Of a DNA stretch of 64,000 bases, positions 1 to 13,200 are shown one piece after another. Source of the stretch: Nitrospirales bacterium (GTDB lineage: Bacteria > Nitrospirota > Nitrospiria > Nitrospirales > UBA8639); contig CBDBCZ010000018.1 in assembly GCA_965203295.1 (NCBI GenBank), positions 2,656,001-2,720,000 on the forward strand. Direction: 5' to 3'. Position numbers and translations under genes: made by a program. The notes below the pieces were generated by a model that was not told the DNA's origin, did not search any database, and was given only the letters and a program-made list of their open reading frames with translations. The first letter of the stretch is position 1. Each line of letters begins with the position of its first letter.

Positions 1-22
1 AGATTTCATTAAAGCGACTTAC

Positions 23-2759
23 GGATCAGAAAACTCCCAAAAAGCACATCTGTAGTCACTTCCATTTTCTACCTATATACATGTACGTACGTATGTGCGT
101 ACATAAAAAATCATTAGGATGAAAATACAGCTTTACAGTCTATACCATATATTCATGCACCAAGTGACCTGCTTTAGTAAAGTGGGAACAGCTACTACCC
201 TTTAAAGAGGACTGTACAGCAATGCAATCCCTGGCACATTAACATGCACCCTTCTTAATACTCGCTAGAATACTATTGGTAAAGTAGTACTTCATAGTAG
301 CTCTTGCCAGTAGGATGTACGTACACGTATATGCTGTCGTGATCTACCTTCATTCAAGATTAGACATGCTAACAAAACAGCTGTTTCCAGAGTAACATAA
401 AGCTGACCAACATCATAAAACATTTGCAAGTATTATTGGTATGTTCGGTATATTAATTACATTATGTGTTAAAAACAAACCTCATCGAAAGTGCTGCACT
501 CGAAATTCTCGTGACGACACTGCTGTGGAAATTACCATGGAGGCAACAGCAGTGGAAGCACTACAGAGAGAGATAAACCTTTGTGGTAATGGCTTCCTGG
601 AATGTTATAACTCCTGTACATGTTTATAGCACAGGTATAATGATACACAGCAATGAACATCGCATCGATCTTTGCAGTGAACACCTACCAATGCCCATAT
701 TGGTCTAGCTAGGTCCTGACTTCTCTATGTGCTATAACACACAGAAAGCAAGGTTCATATCATTGGTGTCACCTAAAGAGGGGTTATATTAATTACACTG
801 CAGTGAAAGGACATGAATATGCTGTTCCTCCTTATCCAATTGGAAGAATTGGGTGGGCCCGGGTTGAATGGCACACTGTGTACAGACACATATACACATA
901 CCCTGTTGGCAGCACAACTTTCATATTCTGGAATAAAACATATGTTACTGGTACTGTATTCCCTGTAGAGTATAAGAAAAGCTAGCCTAGATGGATGGCA
1001 TGTATAAAGAAAGTGGACGTACATGCACATGTATATTTATATACTGCCAGGTGTAAAGATTTAAGCCAAAATGGGTGTGTGTATAAAATTAACAGTGCAG
1101 TTCGGCATGAATGCGAGTCACTGGCTGAAAAATAAAATGTGCGTACGCAAGGCCTGTCAAACATGTGATGCATGAAGAATCAGACATGTCTATAACATTA
1201 TACACTTTCCAAATGGAGGCTTACTACAGCACCTGGGTTAGTAGAGTTTGTGTAGTCTCTGCCATGTCAGTATAATGGATGGCACAAACTGCACAATGCT
1301 AATGTGATTTCGAAGCAGCACAGCCCTCTCACATAGCAGCCAGGGCTGATCCTTAATTAATTTAAACAAAGGACCCTATATTAAATTCACATTAAGCTTT
1401 CTAGGGAAGATGCTAGCCGCTCAAATTAAGCAGTACTTGTACTCTACATGTCGACACAAAGAAAAGTTCAATTGGTTTCCTAACTTACCCTCCAATACAC
1501 ACAGGCTGGAGGGCAAGAAACCAGATGGTCTCCTGCACCATAATTTTTGTATCTTTGAGCTACATGCACATAGAGAACTTTTCATTCGGTTCTATGTGAG
1601 TTTCATAGTACATATGTTAGTGCAAAAGTAACATAATGTAGCCGCATCTCTTACACATTTCTGCAAACACATCGTACTAACACTTGGTAGGCTACATTCA
1701 GTGAATATTACTTGATGTATTGTAGCTTTTCCCACTGAGGAATTACAGTAAGTGCGGCATGAGCTGTCTACTAAACATTGGTGTAAAGGAAGGCCTGCTA
1801 TAGGCTCAATGATTGCAATATCTTTGTTATGTGTGTGCAAACTGACATGTGGATATGTAGCACAAGATAGGTGGCATGGTCAAGTGGTTTGATGAGTTCG
1901 GCATGTCTCTTAGCTCACCCATCCAAACAGGTACATCAAACTTATGCTGGGACTCTCTCTGAGACAGTTCAAAATCTCAAGTAGGAAGCCATTATATTAC
2001 TTTTGCTGTGGATAAAGATGTCACTACACAGCTTGTACATACAGTATATAGGTAGAAAACATCACATGTAGTTTACTATATCCTTTACAAACAGGAGTAC
2101 AGCAGTTACTGCAAGTGCACTTACTCCAATGTGGTTACCCCATATGGCAAGTGCTTGCACCAACAGGTACATGGCATGCACAAGCACATACACATTCAAA
2201 CATACCAAGGTTATTCCCACCATTCACCACACTATCCTCAGAATCTTCCAAAGCGTTAGCAAGATAAATTGAATATCGTTCCACATTATTCAACAAGAGC
2301 TGACTACCAGCGTCAACCTGTGTGCATGTGTGCGAGCATGCTGTTACAAACGCGGTTGCAAGGTGCTACATACACAACATGTACATGTACATAATATTTG
2401 TTTCAAGCTCAGACCTCAGCTGTCCTTTAGCAAACAGCCTTATGTATGTTCTGAGTCAAACAGCTTGATTTATACACCCACCCACATATATACATATATT
2501 GTACTGCTAGCATATGCAGCAGTCATGTCAAGAGCTGCCTTCTGCATGAAATGACAACACTTTTCACCAAACCTGTAACTAAAGCACTCAATGTTCCATT
2601 GATTACAGCAAGAAGTCTAAACTGGGCACAAGACTGTGCGTGCAAATACGTTAGTGATGGTATGCATGTGTTAGCAAGGTTGAAACGTACTTCTTGCAAC
2701 GTTGTCCATCCAATTAAGTTACTTGAATCAAGTACATTGCTGAAGATACCCAAAAGATT
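23..2759 (-). CDS. Adhesion GPCR, GAIN/GPS-domain exons (continues left of window; possibly pseudogene)
   Basis: GT-AG exons: 2691-2759 (NLLGIFSNVLDSSNLIGWTTLQE), 2206-2317 (VDAGSQLLLNNVERYSIYLANALED..GGNNL), 481-560 (ASTAVASMVISTAVS), 23-72 (VENGSDYRCAFWEFSDP, start of GPS C-x-FW motif). Intervening exons are tentative; a candidate at ~700-772 has an in-frame TAG (732-734) and 481-560 ends in TGA. Confidence 0.7.
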
Positions 2760-3963
2760 CTGAGGGAAAGATTCGGCGGCAAGTACCACAGTGTGAATGC
2801 TTATCAAAACACATCTACTAGGTTACTAGCCTTGTCCCCAGGCTCTAGCTCTCAAGTGATAAAAGCTGAGTGAATGCCTGGGACTGAGGCTACTAAGTTA
2901 GCAAATGCATGCATTGCTGCAGTAGTAAATCTAATGCTTAGCTCAACAATCTATAAACCAAAATTATACACTGGTGTATGTATGACAATATAGCTAGAGA
3001 CCAAACAACTCAATGTGCAAGGAAATGAAAAATATCAAGTGTAAACCAGTGTTGGCATCACCATGAAACATTAAAACTTTCAAATGTTATAATAGTACGA
3101 AAAAACTAGTGAGATTTAGTATCAAAATTGTGTTATTTTTTGAACCATGGGTGAAATCTCATGTAAGGCTTTTCCACCTCAGATTCTCTGAGGAGACATG
3201 AAAAACAGGTTAATCCTTCCAGTGGCCTAGTGGTGAAGGCCCGAAAAGCTGAGAGCTGGGTTAGATTCTCTTGAGTACGTACACATACTTCCTGTTTCAC
3301 CCCCCTTTCTTTCTTTAGTTGGTCTTTTGCTTCTGTTTCTGTTAGTTTTCACTACGTATTCTAGAAAGATTGGACAACACTGGCTATATACCCTTAGGCT
3401 GTACTCAACAACAGGACAGAAGTGATTCAGGCTCGCTAAAGAGCCTTTGCATCTGGCAGCATGGTTAAGCATTCTTGACCGGCTCATCCTGTATACATCC
3501 GCACCTACACCACAGCTCAGCTACAAGTGTGTTTAGAAAGTGCAACTATCTGGACAAAAATCTCCTCCTACTTGACTATGGCATTATGGTTTCATACCTA
3601 TGTATAATTTTCTGGAATCAGAGCTTTAGCCACACGAAGGTTAAGATCTCTTTGTCTGCTGGCCAGTTTACTTCACATTTGGCACTGCGGTTCGCTCTCA
3701 ATAAACGTAATATTAATAATGTACTTGAAAAACAGACAACCATCCTGACACTAGTAGCTACGCTAGAGATGAAAGTCTCATTACTGATCATGAGCAGGGC
3801 AAGCTTTCTGGTTTCTATTCTACACAGTCTCTTGCAAGCTTTTGCAAACCTCTATCCCGACACGGGAGCTAGTCTCGCGAGCCAGACTGTACGGGACTGC
3901 TAGCTACCCTGGCTGACCAAATTACAGTACAGAACGGGTACATTTTAGCGAGTACAAACTTAC

Positions 3964-4083
3964 ATGGCTTAAAATAGCTTTAATCTCCCGTTGTATGAGT
4001 GGCCTAACTCGTACAGCAACCTCTCCATCCCTCCCTGACGAAGATTCCCGACGGTTCAGCGCACAAACGCAATTATTATCCAT
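3964..4083 (-). CDS. Putative first coding exon with kinesin-motor-like N-terminal motif
   Basis: ATG at 4083, 40 codons MDNNCVCALNRRESSSGRDGEVAVRVRPLIQREIKAILSH, then GTAAGT donor. VAVRVRPL..RE matches the kinesin N-terminal strand, but no further kinesin motifs were found. Confidence 0.35.
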
Positions 4084-4252
4084 CGAAGGCCCCGCCACTT
4101 CCGGTAAAGTACGCGCTCGGCGCTAGCGCGTCCGAATATACCTGGTGGCCGATATGGACTTCCGGTACGGTGGCGATAAGCCTTCCCAGGCCACGCCTAT
4201 AGTCGAAAAAACTTGCAGCTATACTAGTATATTCATTTATTGTGTTCTTCAA
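4084..4252. promoter_or_regulatory. Candidate bidirectional CpG-rich promoter with two ETS/GABP-type sites
   Basis: 169 bp between divergent ATGs (4083 minus, 4253 plus); locally CpG-rich; ACTTCCGGT at 4097-4105 and 4158-4166. Confidence 0.55.
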
Positions 4253-7200
4253 ATGGCCGAAGTATCAGCAGTGCAGCCGACCGACCAAAGCAAAGGTATA
4301 TTGTCGCTCATATTATCATGCCAAGCACTAGTACACTATTTATATACTGTGATTAACGATGTAAGCTTACATAATTTAGGCTTAAAAACACGAGCGATCT
4401 AGCTGGTGTCGACATTACGAGGGCTGATCACTTACGCGTCGCTTGTAGAAACGTTCAATAGATCGCGAAGAAACAAACATCAATGGACCTACGGTTTATA
4501 TTATCTATGGATCAACGATCATAATGGAATTATGCATGCCACCTATCTGTTACCTCATAATTATTGTTATTGTTATTACTGTATAGTACATTATATGTGT
4601 GAAGGCCCAGCAGGGCTCAGACATGAAAAATTTAAGCATTGAATGCCTGATAAGTCAAGCCTATTGTCGAGCATTCAAACTAACGATCAAGCAGTCAAGG
4701 ACAATTTTCTTGGATGAAAAGTCTTGATCTCTTTTGGAAACTTTTCTATAGGCGGTACAAGTAAGTGGAGGCGTCTACAATGACGCCATGAATTAGTTTA
4801 GTTACCAACACTTATCAAGGCTGGATATGCAAGGGGGCCAGGGTCTTGATATTATAGTTGAAACTGTCATTGGCCTGCTAGCATGCCTAGAAGTGTACAA
4901 ATGACTCGGCCTAGTACATAAGATTTTACTGCAATGGGTGTGAAATTATGATGGGGTAGGGGGGACGTACCCTGCCTTGATAAGTGCTGGTAACTAGACT
5001 AGTTCATAGTATCGTTTGGACTGCAATAAAAACACAAGGGATGTTTTACGAAAGAGATCAAGACTTTTCACTCGACCATTAGTTTAAAACTTCTTGATTG
5101 CTTGACGTTTTGTAGCCCTGCCTCCTTAGATTCTGAGAAAGATCATTGATGCATAGGTATTTGTTGCTTGGATTGGTATGCATCTACATGCAACTACTCT
5201 CATAAACAGCTAGGCGCAGCAATTGACTTGCATCTCGCTTCCTAGTCTCACAAGCCAGGCCACTTAATTTTCACAGCGATGATCGCCTTCAGTATTCAGC
5301 ATGCACATGTGCAGCTGAAAGTGACCACTGCTCCAGAGCGTGAATGGGCTGTCTTGCGAGACTATATGCTTCCAGGGTCACCTATGAATTCACTTAACTA
5401 AGGTTAGGCCCAACCAGAAGTGGAAACATATTATTAAAAATTCATGATAGTGTGCGGTTTTGACGCTTATAGCTCGACAATACGGCGATGCAAGGCCACA
5501 AAAACTATACAGGGCTAGAGTATAGAAATTGGAGAAAACCCAGAAACAAAGTTTTGTCGATGCGTGCAGTCTTTCCACCGTACAGGTGCTATATTCACTT
5601 ACCAGCTCGAAACGCATTCGCAGTAAAGCCCTCTGAATCTAAGAGACAGATGTAGCTGAAGCCACGGCTGTATCTGTAGGTCTATAGGTTACATGTCCAG
5701 ACATCGAGAATGAAGACTTATCGCCTTCCGTGTCTACTATTAGGCATTGTCCAGGACTCTGGGACATCTCGGACACCCAGACGTGAATGCCTGTGTGTCC
5801 TCTTAGGATGTTCCAGGGACCGTCTAGGACTCTGGGACATCCTGGACACCCGGATGTGAATGCCTGTGTTTAGGATGGTCCAGGACTGTTAGGAGGATAT
5901 AGAAGTCCTGGATTTGTCTGTTTTTGTCGGACACTTGTAGGCAAACCTGGACATTAAGTAATGGCCGTGATTCTGGATTTTTAATGTCGGCTCTATATGC
6001 TCTGGAAAAAGGCGATAAGTTTTATTCTCGATGTCTGGACATGTAGACCCTTTAGAAGTTTAGCATATCCGCGAATTAAACCTACAGGTAACTCGCGAGT
6101 TTTGTGATTTACCGTGACAGATTTTCTGGCAACTCACTATTGCTTTCACTTAGTACATGAGAGTATTACGTTATCATAATACATAAAGTATTATTTTATC
6201 TAAGGTTGCCATAGGTACCAAGCGGCGTACACAAACGTAGGAAACTTCCGGTTGGGCCAACCTTAATACCCTCCTATGGGTCAATCACCTCATGATGGGA
6301 ATAGAGTATGGCATGAGATCATAATCCTGTGCAAGGGAACTAAATCGATCCTCAGTATTCATGACTAGGCACTATGTAAGAGGCGGCACAATACTTTTCA
6401 AGTGGGCACGGAATGTCGTCAGTTTATGTAGCTTCGTGTTTGTTTGTTACCCGCGCTGCGTATGCGCAAGCGGGATCAAGCAATCGGTTTTGCTCGTCTG
6501 TCGTCGTCGTCGTCTGTCATACAAAAAATCCTTTCAACGGGCGATTTAGAGGATACAACAATTTCTAAACTGGAGGATAACGCTTAAGTTCGTGGTACAT
6601 TAGCTTATATATGTACCTGATAAAGTAGAACGCGGTTTTATTCTCAACATTTCTACGCTTATTCTGATTATCGGTGTGCTCCACCATTTTTTAATACGGC
6701 AATTGGTCACGCCTTTTTAAATACGACAATTGAATTGGTCATGCCTACAGCTTGAATACGGACATACGCAGGCGCTCGAGTATGGTATATGAGTCTTTTA
6801 TCAACATGGAACTTACAAGAGATAGAAAGCATACTGGAGTATACGTAGAGAAACGCCCTTGTCATTACTACGGCGATCAGCCACGCCTACAGCTCGTATA
6901 CGACGTTACATGAACACGGTGTGCGGATCTACATGCTGTTTCCAATCTACAGGGCTAGGGTCCAGGAGCGCAGGGTATGTCTCTGCTAGAGACTTTTAGC
7001 ATTATATGTTTCCTAGATGGTGAAAAAGTGGCAGGCAGTTCTGCTTTCACAAGTTACAACTGCACTACTCACTGAAATTGCCAGCACTTTTTACTGTACT
7101 ACATTCTTAATTACTTTAGGCAGCCTATTATAGGTAGTTCAACAGCTGCATTTAGCTGAGTCTTAATTGTGGTTGAAAAGGTTTTTAGATATCGCATCAG

Positions 7201-10200
7201 ACTTGTCATTTATAATTTATACACATATCATAACTTTGTAAAGGCCTGTGTGGCTAGGCATATCCACTGCTTTACAACTGTAGCACCAGCCAATTTTTTT
7301 CATTATGAACCAAACGTTTCGACTACCATACAGTAGTCTTCATCAGTGGCAAATGACCAAGCATGTACAATGACCACGTACACGATGAAATTGTTTGTCC
7401 CGCTATCTTGTATGGCTTGTCATTGTATACGTTGTCAGTTGTACATGCTTGGTCATTTGCCACTGAAGAAGATTACCATAATTATGGTAGTCAAATGTTT
7501 GGTTTAGAAAAAAAAAATTGGCTAGTGCTACAGTTGTAAGGCAGTGTAAATTACATATCATAACTGCCTTATATACCTTTATCAAGTAACAAAAGCTGTT
7601 CCTTTGATAGTCATCAGTTAAATTTCTGCTACTTCTACAAAACAGCAGCTGAAATGGCCCACATCCCGTCAGCTGACCAGCCACCTCCTTACTCTGGAGA
7701 GACAGCTGCAACTTTCCCCAGTCCTCCACAACAGAATGTTTCTTCTGTCGCAGGCAATCTCCCACCTGGAGGACAATACCCTTCATCAGGTAAATAGCTA
7801 GTCACTTATACATAGATGGAAATCAGTAGTTTCACAAGATATCACTGTGTGTGATCATACATGCTGCAGACTCCACCTGTACCTCCTTGTTGCTTGCTGC
7901 AGCAAAACCTCTTTGAAGGACTGTCTCACATTCTCATATAGAAGTGTAAAACAATGGCTCATCCCCAGCTTTGTGCGTTTTCAGTAAGAAAGGCAGAATA
8001 CTTTGTCTTCCTGCAGGCGAAAATGCTGGGACAACTGGGTACAAGGCTGAACAATTTTTTTTTTTGGGGGGGGGGGGGATGGCAATCTAATCATTCATAC
8101 AGGGTTCTGCCCACACTGGTTGGCAGTGGTCGGGTCCAACCACCACCCGGCCTCTTTGACCACCGCTTAGCTAATGTTTAACTCTATTTCCAGTATTTTT
8201 AATATGGAAGAAAGCCCGTTTAGCTAACAGAAGTGTCTTGGAGCTTGTATTTTGACCACCACTCAACATCTCCTAGGCAGAACTGTTCATGCCTTAAAAA
8301 CGGGAACATTGAATACTAAGGTTGAGCTCAGCAACTGGTCAGGCCCTGCTAACTATAGTTGTACACACTGGTCAGTAGTGGTCGGGTCCAACCACCACCC
8401 GGCCTCTTTGACCACCACTCAGCTAATGTTTAACTCTATTTCCAGTATTTTTAATATGGGAGATAGCCCGTTTAGCTAACAGAAGTGTCTTGGAGCTTGT
8501 ATTTTGACCACCACTCAACATCTCCTAGGCAGAACCCTGTTACCCTGTTCATACCTTAAAAGCGGGAACATTGAATACTAAGGTTGAGCTCAGCAACTGG
8601 TCAGGCCCTGCTAACTATAGTTGTACAGGTAGAACAGTATGTAATAGGCTAGTCTCATAAGCAGACAACAACCAAACGCAGCACAGTGAAAGTACTGACT
8701 CAGCAGCTGTACCTCGTATTATCAGGATTATTCATGCCTTTATAATTGCCAACCGGGTTACAGTCTGGTATAGATGGTTTGGAGGAGGATGTTGAAGAAC
8801 ATAGTGACGGTAATAGGAAATCTGTTGTAGATATGAATAAGATTTGGAGCCAGATTAGAGAAGTAGGAGAGGAGAGGGAGGAGTGGGATTCTTGGCAAAG
8901 GAGTGCTTAGCCAGTGGAGTAGAGCTTATGAGGATGTGAATTATGTTAAGCAAAAAAGCATGTCAAAGGAGAGAGGGGCAGGAATACTTGTTTTTGGGTT
9001 GTGTTTGTATGCCTACAGATAGGGAAGCAGTTATTGAAAGTAGTTACAGATACATGTAGTTAAAAGAGGATGTGCTTTGTATGAAGAAGAGGGTCAGGTT
9101 GTACTTCTTGGTGATTTTAATACTAGAGTGGGGAAATCTTCCAAATTAAATGATGTATTAGGCATATTTGGTGAAGTAAAATGCAGTATGTGTGGTAGCA
9201 GGTTGATTTCATTTTTGAATGAGGTTGAGCTTATAGTCTATACTGGCCGTGAGTTCACTGTAGAACCACAGTGGACTAGATCTAGACCTTCTCTGAAGCA
9301 GAAGTGTATCAGGGAGTACAGTAGTACTCCATATGTAGGGATGGTCCCGGAAAAGATGGTGTCTCTCTTCAATGTGTACAAAATGACAAGTGCTGTAGGC
9401 ATTGTCTAGGACTAATATGAGCCCTACCAGTCATTCTCGAGCATTGTCATCACTAACCAGACTGTGTCATCACTAACCAGACTGTTGGGGTTGCTAAAGG
9501 ATATCTGTGAAGTACCAAACTGGCAAGTCACTAAACTGCCAAATCGTCTTGCTTCTGATTCTGATTCTGATTCTTCTTCTTCAGCCAATAATGGTTGAAG
9601 CAATCACAGTGATTCAAGCATGAACATCCTCTGGGGTATTGCATTTGCATAGCGTATTCAAAGAAATGGAATAGGTTCAGCAGCTAGCACTCTCAAGTGG
9701 ACATTGTTTGTTCCATTGCAAACTTCTGTGAGAAGATAAGCTTTCTGAGAGAGTAAAGAAATCCTGAAAAATCGGGACCCAGCTGGGGATGGAACCCAGG
9801 ACCTTCTGAATACTCGTCAGATGCTCTTACCAATTGAGCTACTGAAGCCCCTTGGCAGATCGAAGAGCAGTAGGCAAGCTTGATATAGCCACTAAACCTG
9901 CTAGTAGCACTTGCCAGTAGGACCCAGCCAATTCCAACTGTAATTACTCTCTCATTATAGGCCATCCCCCCATCTCCTAAACACGAGGAACGTGCTACAC
10001 CCAGACTTGTCATTTTGTCATATGGTAAATTACGATGACGTAGCCTGGCAGTCTGCGCGTGTTCGTGTATTTAATGCCTACCATTGATCATGCAGGCTGC
10101 TCTGGCCTCAACTGCTGAGTTACATCTTCTGGTTCTTCACTGTGTACCGTATAGTTGGAAAATTTGGCGAGGGCTTTAATTTGGCAGTTTGGCGAATCGT

Positions 10201-13200
10201 TAAAAAGTCGCCAAATTAATTCTCGCCAAATTAAATTCTCACGCATTATGTATTACGTTACACCCACGTGCGCATTCAGCTACAAGAAAGAAGTTGTTGT
10301 TCCCACTCCACGTACGTGTTTCCTCTCTGTCTGGGAAGGATATTGAACTCGCGAACAAAGCTGTAAAGCGCTCTCTATCTGGAGACTTGAAGCCTGTCAC
10401 AAGGTCACTGCGAGGCAAGTATAACACTTACACGCAAAAAAGGGCACAAATTTGAAAGTACGCCACTGACAGTGGCCGCTACACACTTCTCAAAGCTTCT
10501 GGATAGTAAGATCGGCGAATCCAACGTCTCCATTGTCGAGCTCAGTGACTTTACATGCTCAGCAGCGTTGCACGTTGTGCACCTAGTCACCAATATTTAA
10601 TCTTACCCGTTTTTGGCGATTTTGCCAAATTTAATTCTCGCCTAATTTTCCGGACTCTCATTGGTTTCATAAGGAAAGGACTCACCCAGTCACTCATCTG
10701 TAAGGGTATCGGATAAAATGACACTCTTTAATAGCCTCATTATATGGGAAAAGCTTGTTCATTGGATAGTATGTCCCCTTATATTAAGGGGAAAACATTG
10801 TGTACGCCTACACCTATTTTTCCCTTATGATAAGGGAAGAAACTGTGCCCCCCTGCACTATTTTTTCGCTTATAATAAGGGGAAAACATTGTGTACGCCT
10901 ACACCTTTTTTTCCCTTATGATAAGGGAAGAAACTATGCCCCCCTGCAGGAGGCCCCAGCAAAAAAAGTCCATGATGCACAGCCCCATTTTTGCAGACCC
11001 CCCAAAACAACCTACCAACTGCATCACAAAGTGTCATAATTACAAGAAATTACATCATAAATAATTAATTAACCATGCACTGACATCATAAAGTGGTTGA
11101 CTAATTTAACCCAACCCATACTTAGCACTTACTGATCGCCAAAGACTGGTGAGCTGCCACCGAATAAGCAATGGCATGAGATCAGTGTCACTATTGCTTG
11201 CAAACTATACACAAGCTGTGAATTATAATGGATATGAGGCATCCTCTATTGCTTGTACTACCAAAATCTAAACTCTTGTCTGCAAAAAAAATCCCCTAGT
11301 TTTTGGGACCTTTTTTTGCTGACCTGCCGAAACAACCAACCAACTTGGTGGGTGCGCGTCATACCTTTTTCAAGTATGGCCCCCCGCCCCCTGCACTATT
11401 TTTTTGCTTATAATAAGGGGAAAAACTGTGCCCCCGTACACTATTTTCCCCCTTTCAATTAGGGTAAAAACTAACTCTTTTGATGCCAACACTAAATTGC
11501 ATTCTTAAGTGCAATCTGGCATCCCAGGAAAGGTTGCACCTGGAATAGTTTCATGCGGTCCTTGGAAAATTTGCATTTGGTTAGTTGCTAGCTACAGTAC
11601 CAGTCAGACACTGTAGAGGTAACTATACCTTTTAATCAATTTGATAATGTACACCTGAGGCTACAACGCCATAGTTACGTTTACATTGCAGCATAGTTAT
11701 GGTGTAGTATATTGCATATGGTTTTCATGCTTACAAACATACCATATATATATGTATATGGTATATCAAGTGTGAAGATCTGCAAAATGTTTTCAAAACA
11801 AGTTCCGACATTTTATGTTTATAAAACCAGCCGGTCACCTTTCCCATACAACAACTGCAACTGTACAACTTACTAGTAACTATGCTACAATAGGTATCCT
11901 TGCAGCCATAGTTCACGTGAGATCATAAAACCTGGTCAATGTCAATGTGGCAGGAACAGGATGACCAGGTTTAATGATCTCATGTGAACTATGGCTGCAA
12001 AAAACTTAACAGCTATATTCTAGCTGAATGGGTTGAAGCCAACCCCATGTGGAGTCTCTACCACCAGGGCATCAGCTGAGCATGTGGCATCAGCTGATCA
12101 CATGCTGGGAACATGCTATGTGTTAACTGACATTTGGGCAAAGCTCAAATGAGAATTTTGCTGTAGCTTGGCCTGCAAACCTCCAAAAGCTGGTATATAC
12201 TGCAGTTGCATATCAGTGTTCTAGCTAAAGAGTGGAAGAATGGTGCTTCACCGCTCTTATGTATACCTTTTCTTTTGATGTGGTTGTTAGAATATAATTA
12301 AAGCCACAGCTATGCTTTGATGTCTGAGAAAGCACCGCTCTTTGCAATGTCTCTGGCTAGAACACTGCATAGTATCGTATGATGTAAAATATTGCGCAAA
12401 TGATAAGTGCAGACGCACAAACAAACAAATGCGGAAAACGTAAAGCAATCTTAAGACCAGCTGTCAGCACGCTGCGTGTGCTCCAGCTGGTAAAATACAT
12501 ATATTTAGAAAACTCAGATAATGCTAATGTAGTACATGTACGTATAGAATATCTAAAGGTGATTGCAGGATTTACACAACGATGATCCAAAACACAAAAA
12601 TGTAAAAATGAATGGTTCTTGTATTTTTACCAGCCAGAGCGCACGCAGCGCGCGAACGGCTAGTTTTAAGATTGCTTTACCTTTTCCGCGTTTGTTTGTC
12701 TCTCTGTCTGTGCGTCCGCACTTATCACTGTGCGCAATATATTACGTCATACGTTACTATGCAACTGCAGTGTATAGCAGCTTTTGGAGGTTTGCAGGCC
12801 AAGCTACAGCAAATGAAGGTAGTTTTGTGTTGCCTAGATGGCGAAAACGTGGTAGGTAGCCGTAAAGATCCTGATTTAATGGCATATAGCTACTAACTGT
12901 AGGCGCATGACGAAACTGCTGAGTCAGCACTTTCGTTGTACCGAATTCTACAGCTGTAGTTTAACAGCTTGGCCTAAGCTGAGTTGTGTGTATTGTACGG
13001 GAAAGGCGTCTGGCTGTTTTTTTTAGACATGAAATGTCAGACTTGTGATTGAGTGCTGTTTCTGTAACTTTATAGCTAGTTTCAGGGAGTATGTGGGTAG
13101 ATATATCAGTCAGGGAGTGTGCAAATACATGTAGATATAATGGATATAGGAGAATTGGATCACTTTCTGGTATGGATGGAATTGGGCAGACTGTAATTAA

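Noticed and set aside
9774..9851. Functional tRNA-Thr gene
   Set aside because: Poor acceptor stem, G at the conserved U33 position and an altered T-loop; kept only as tRNA-like.
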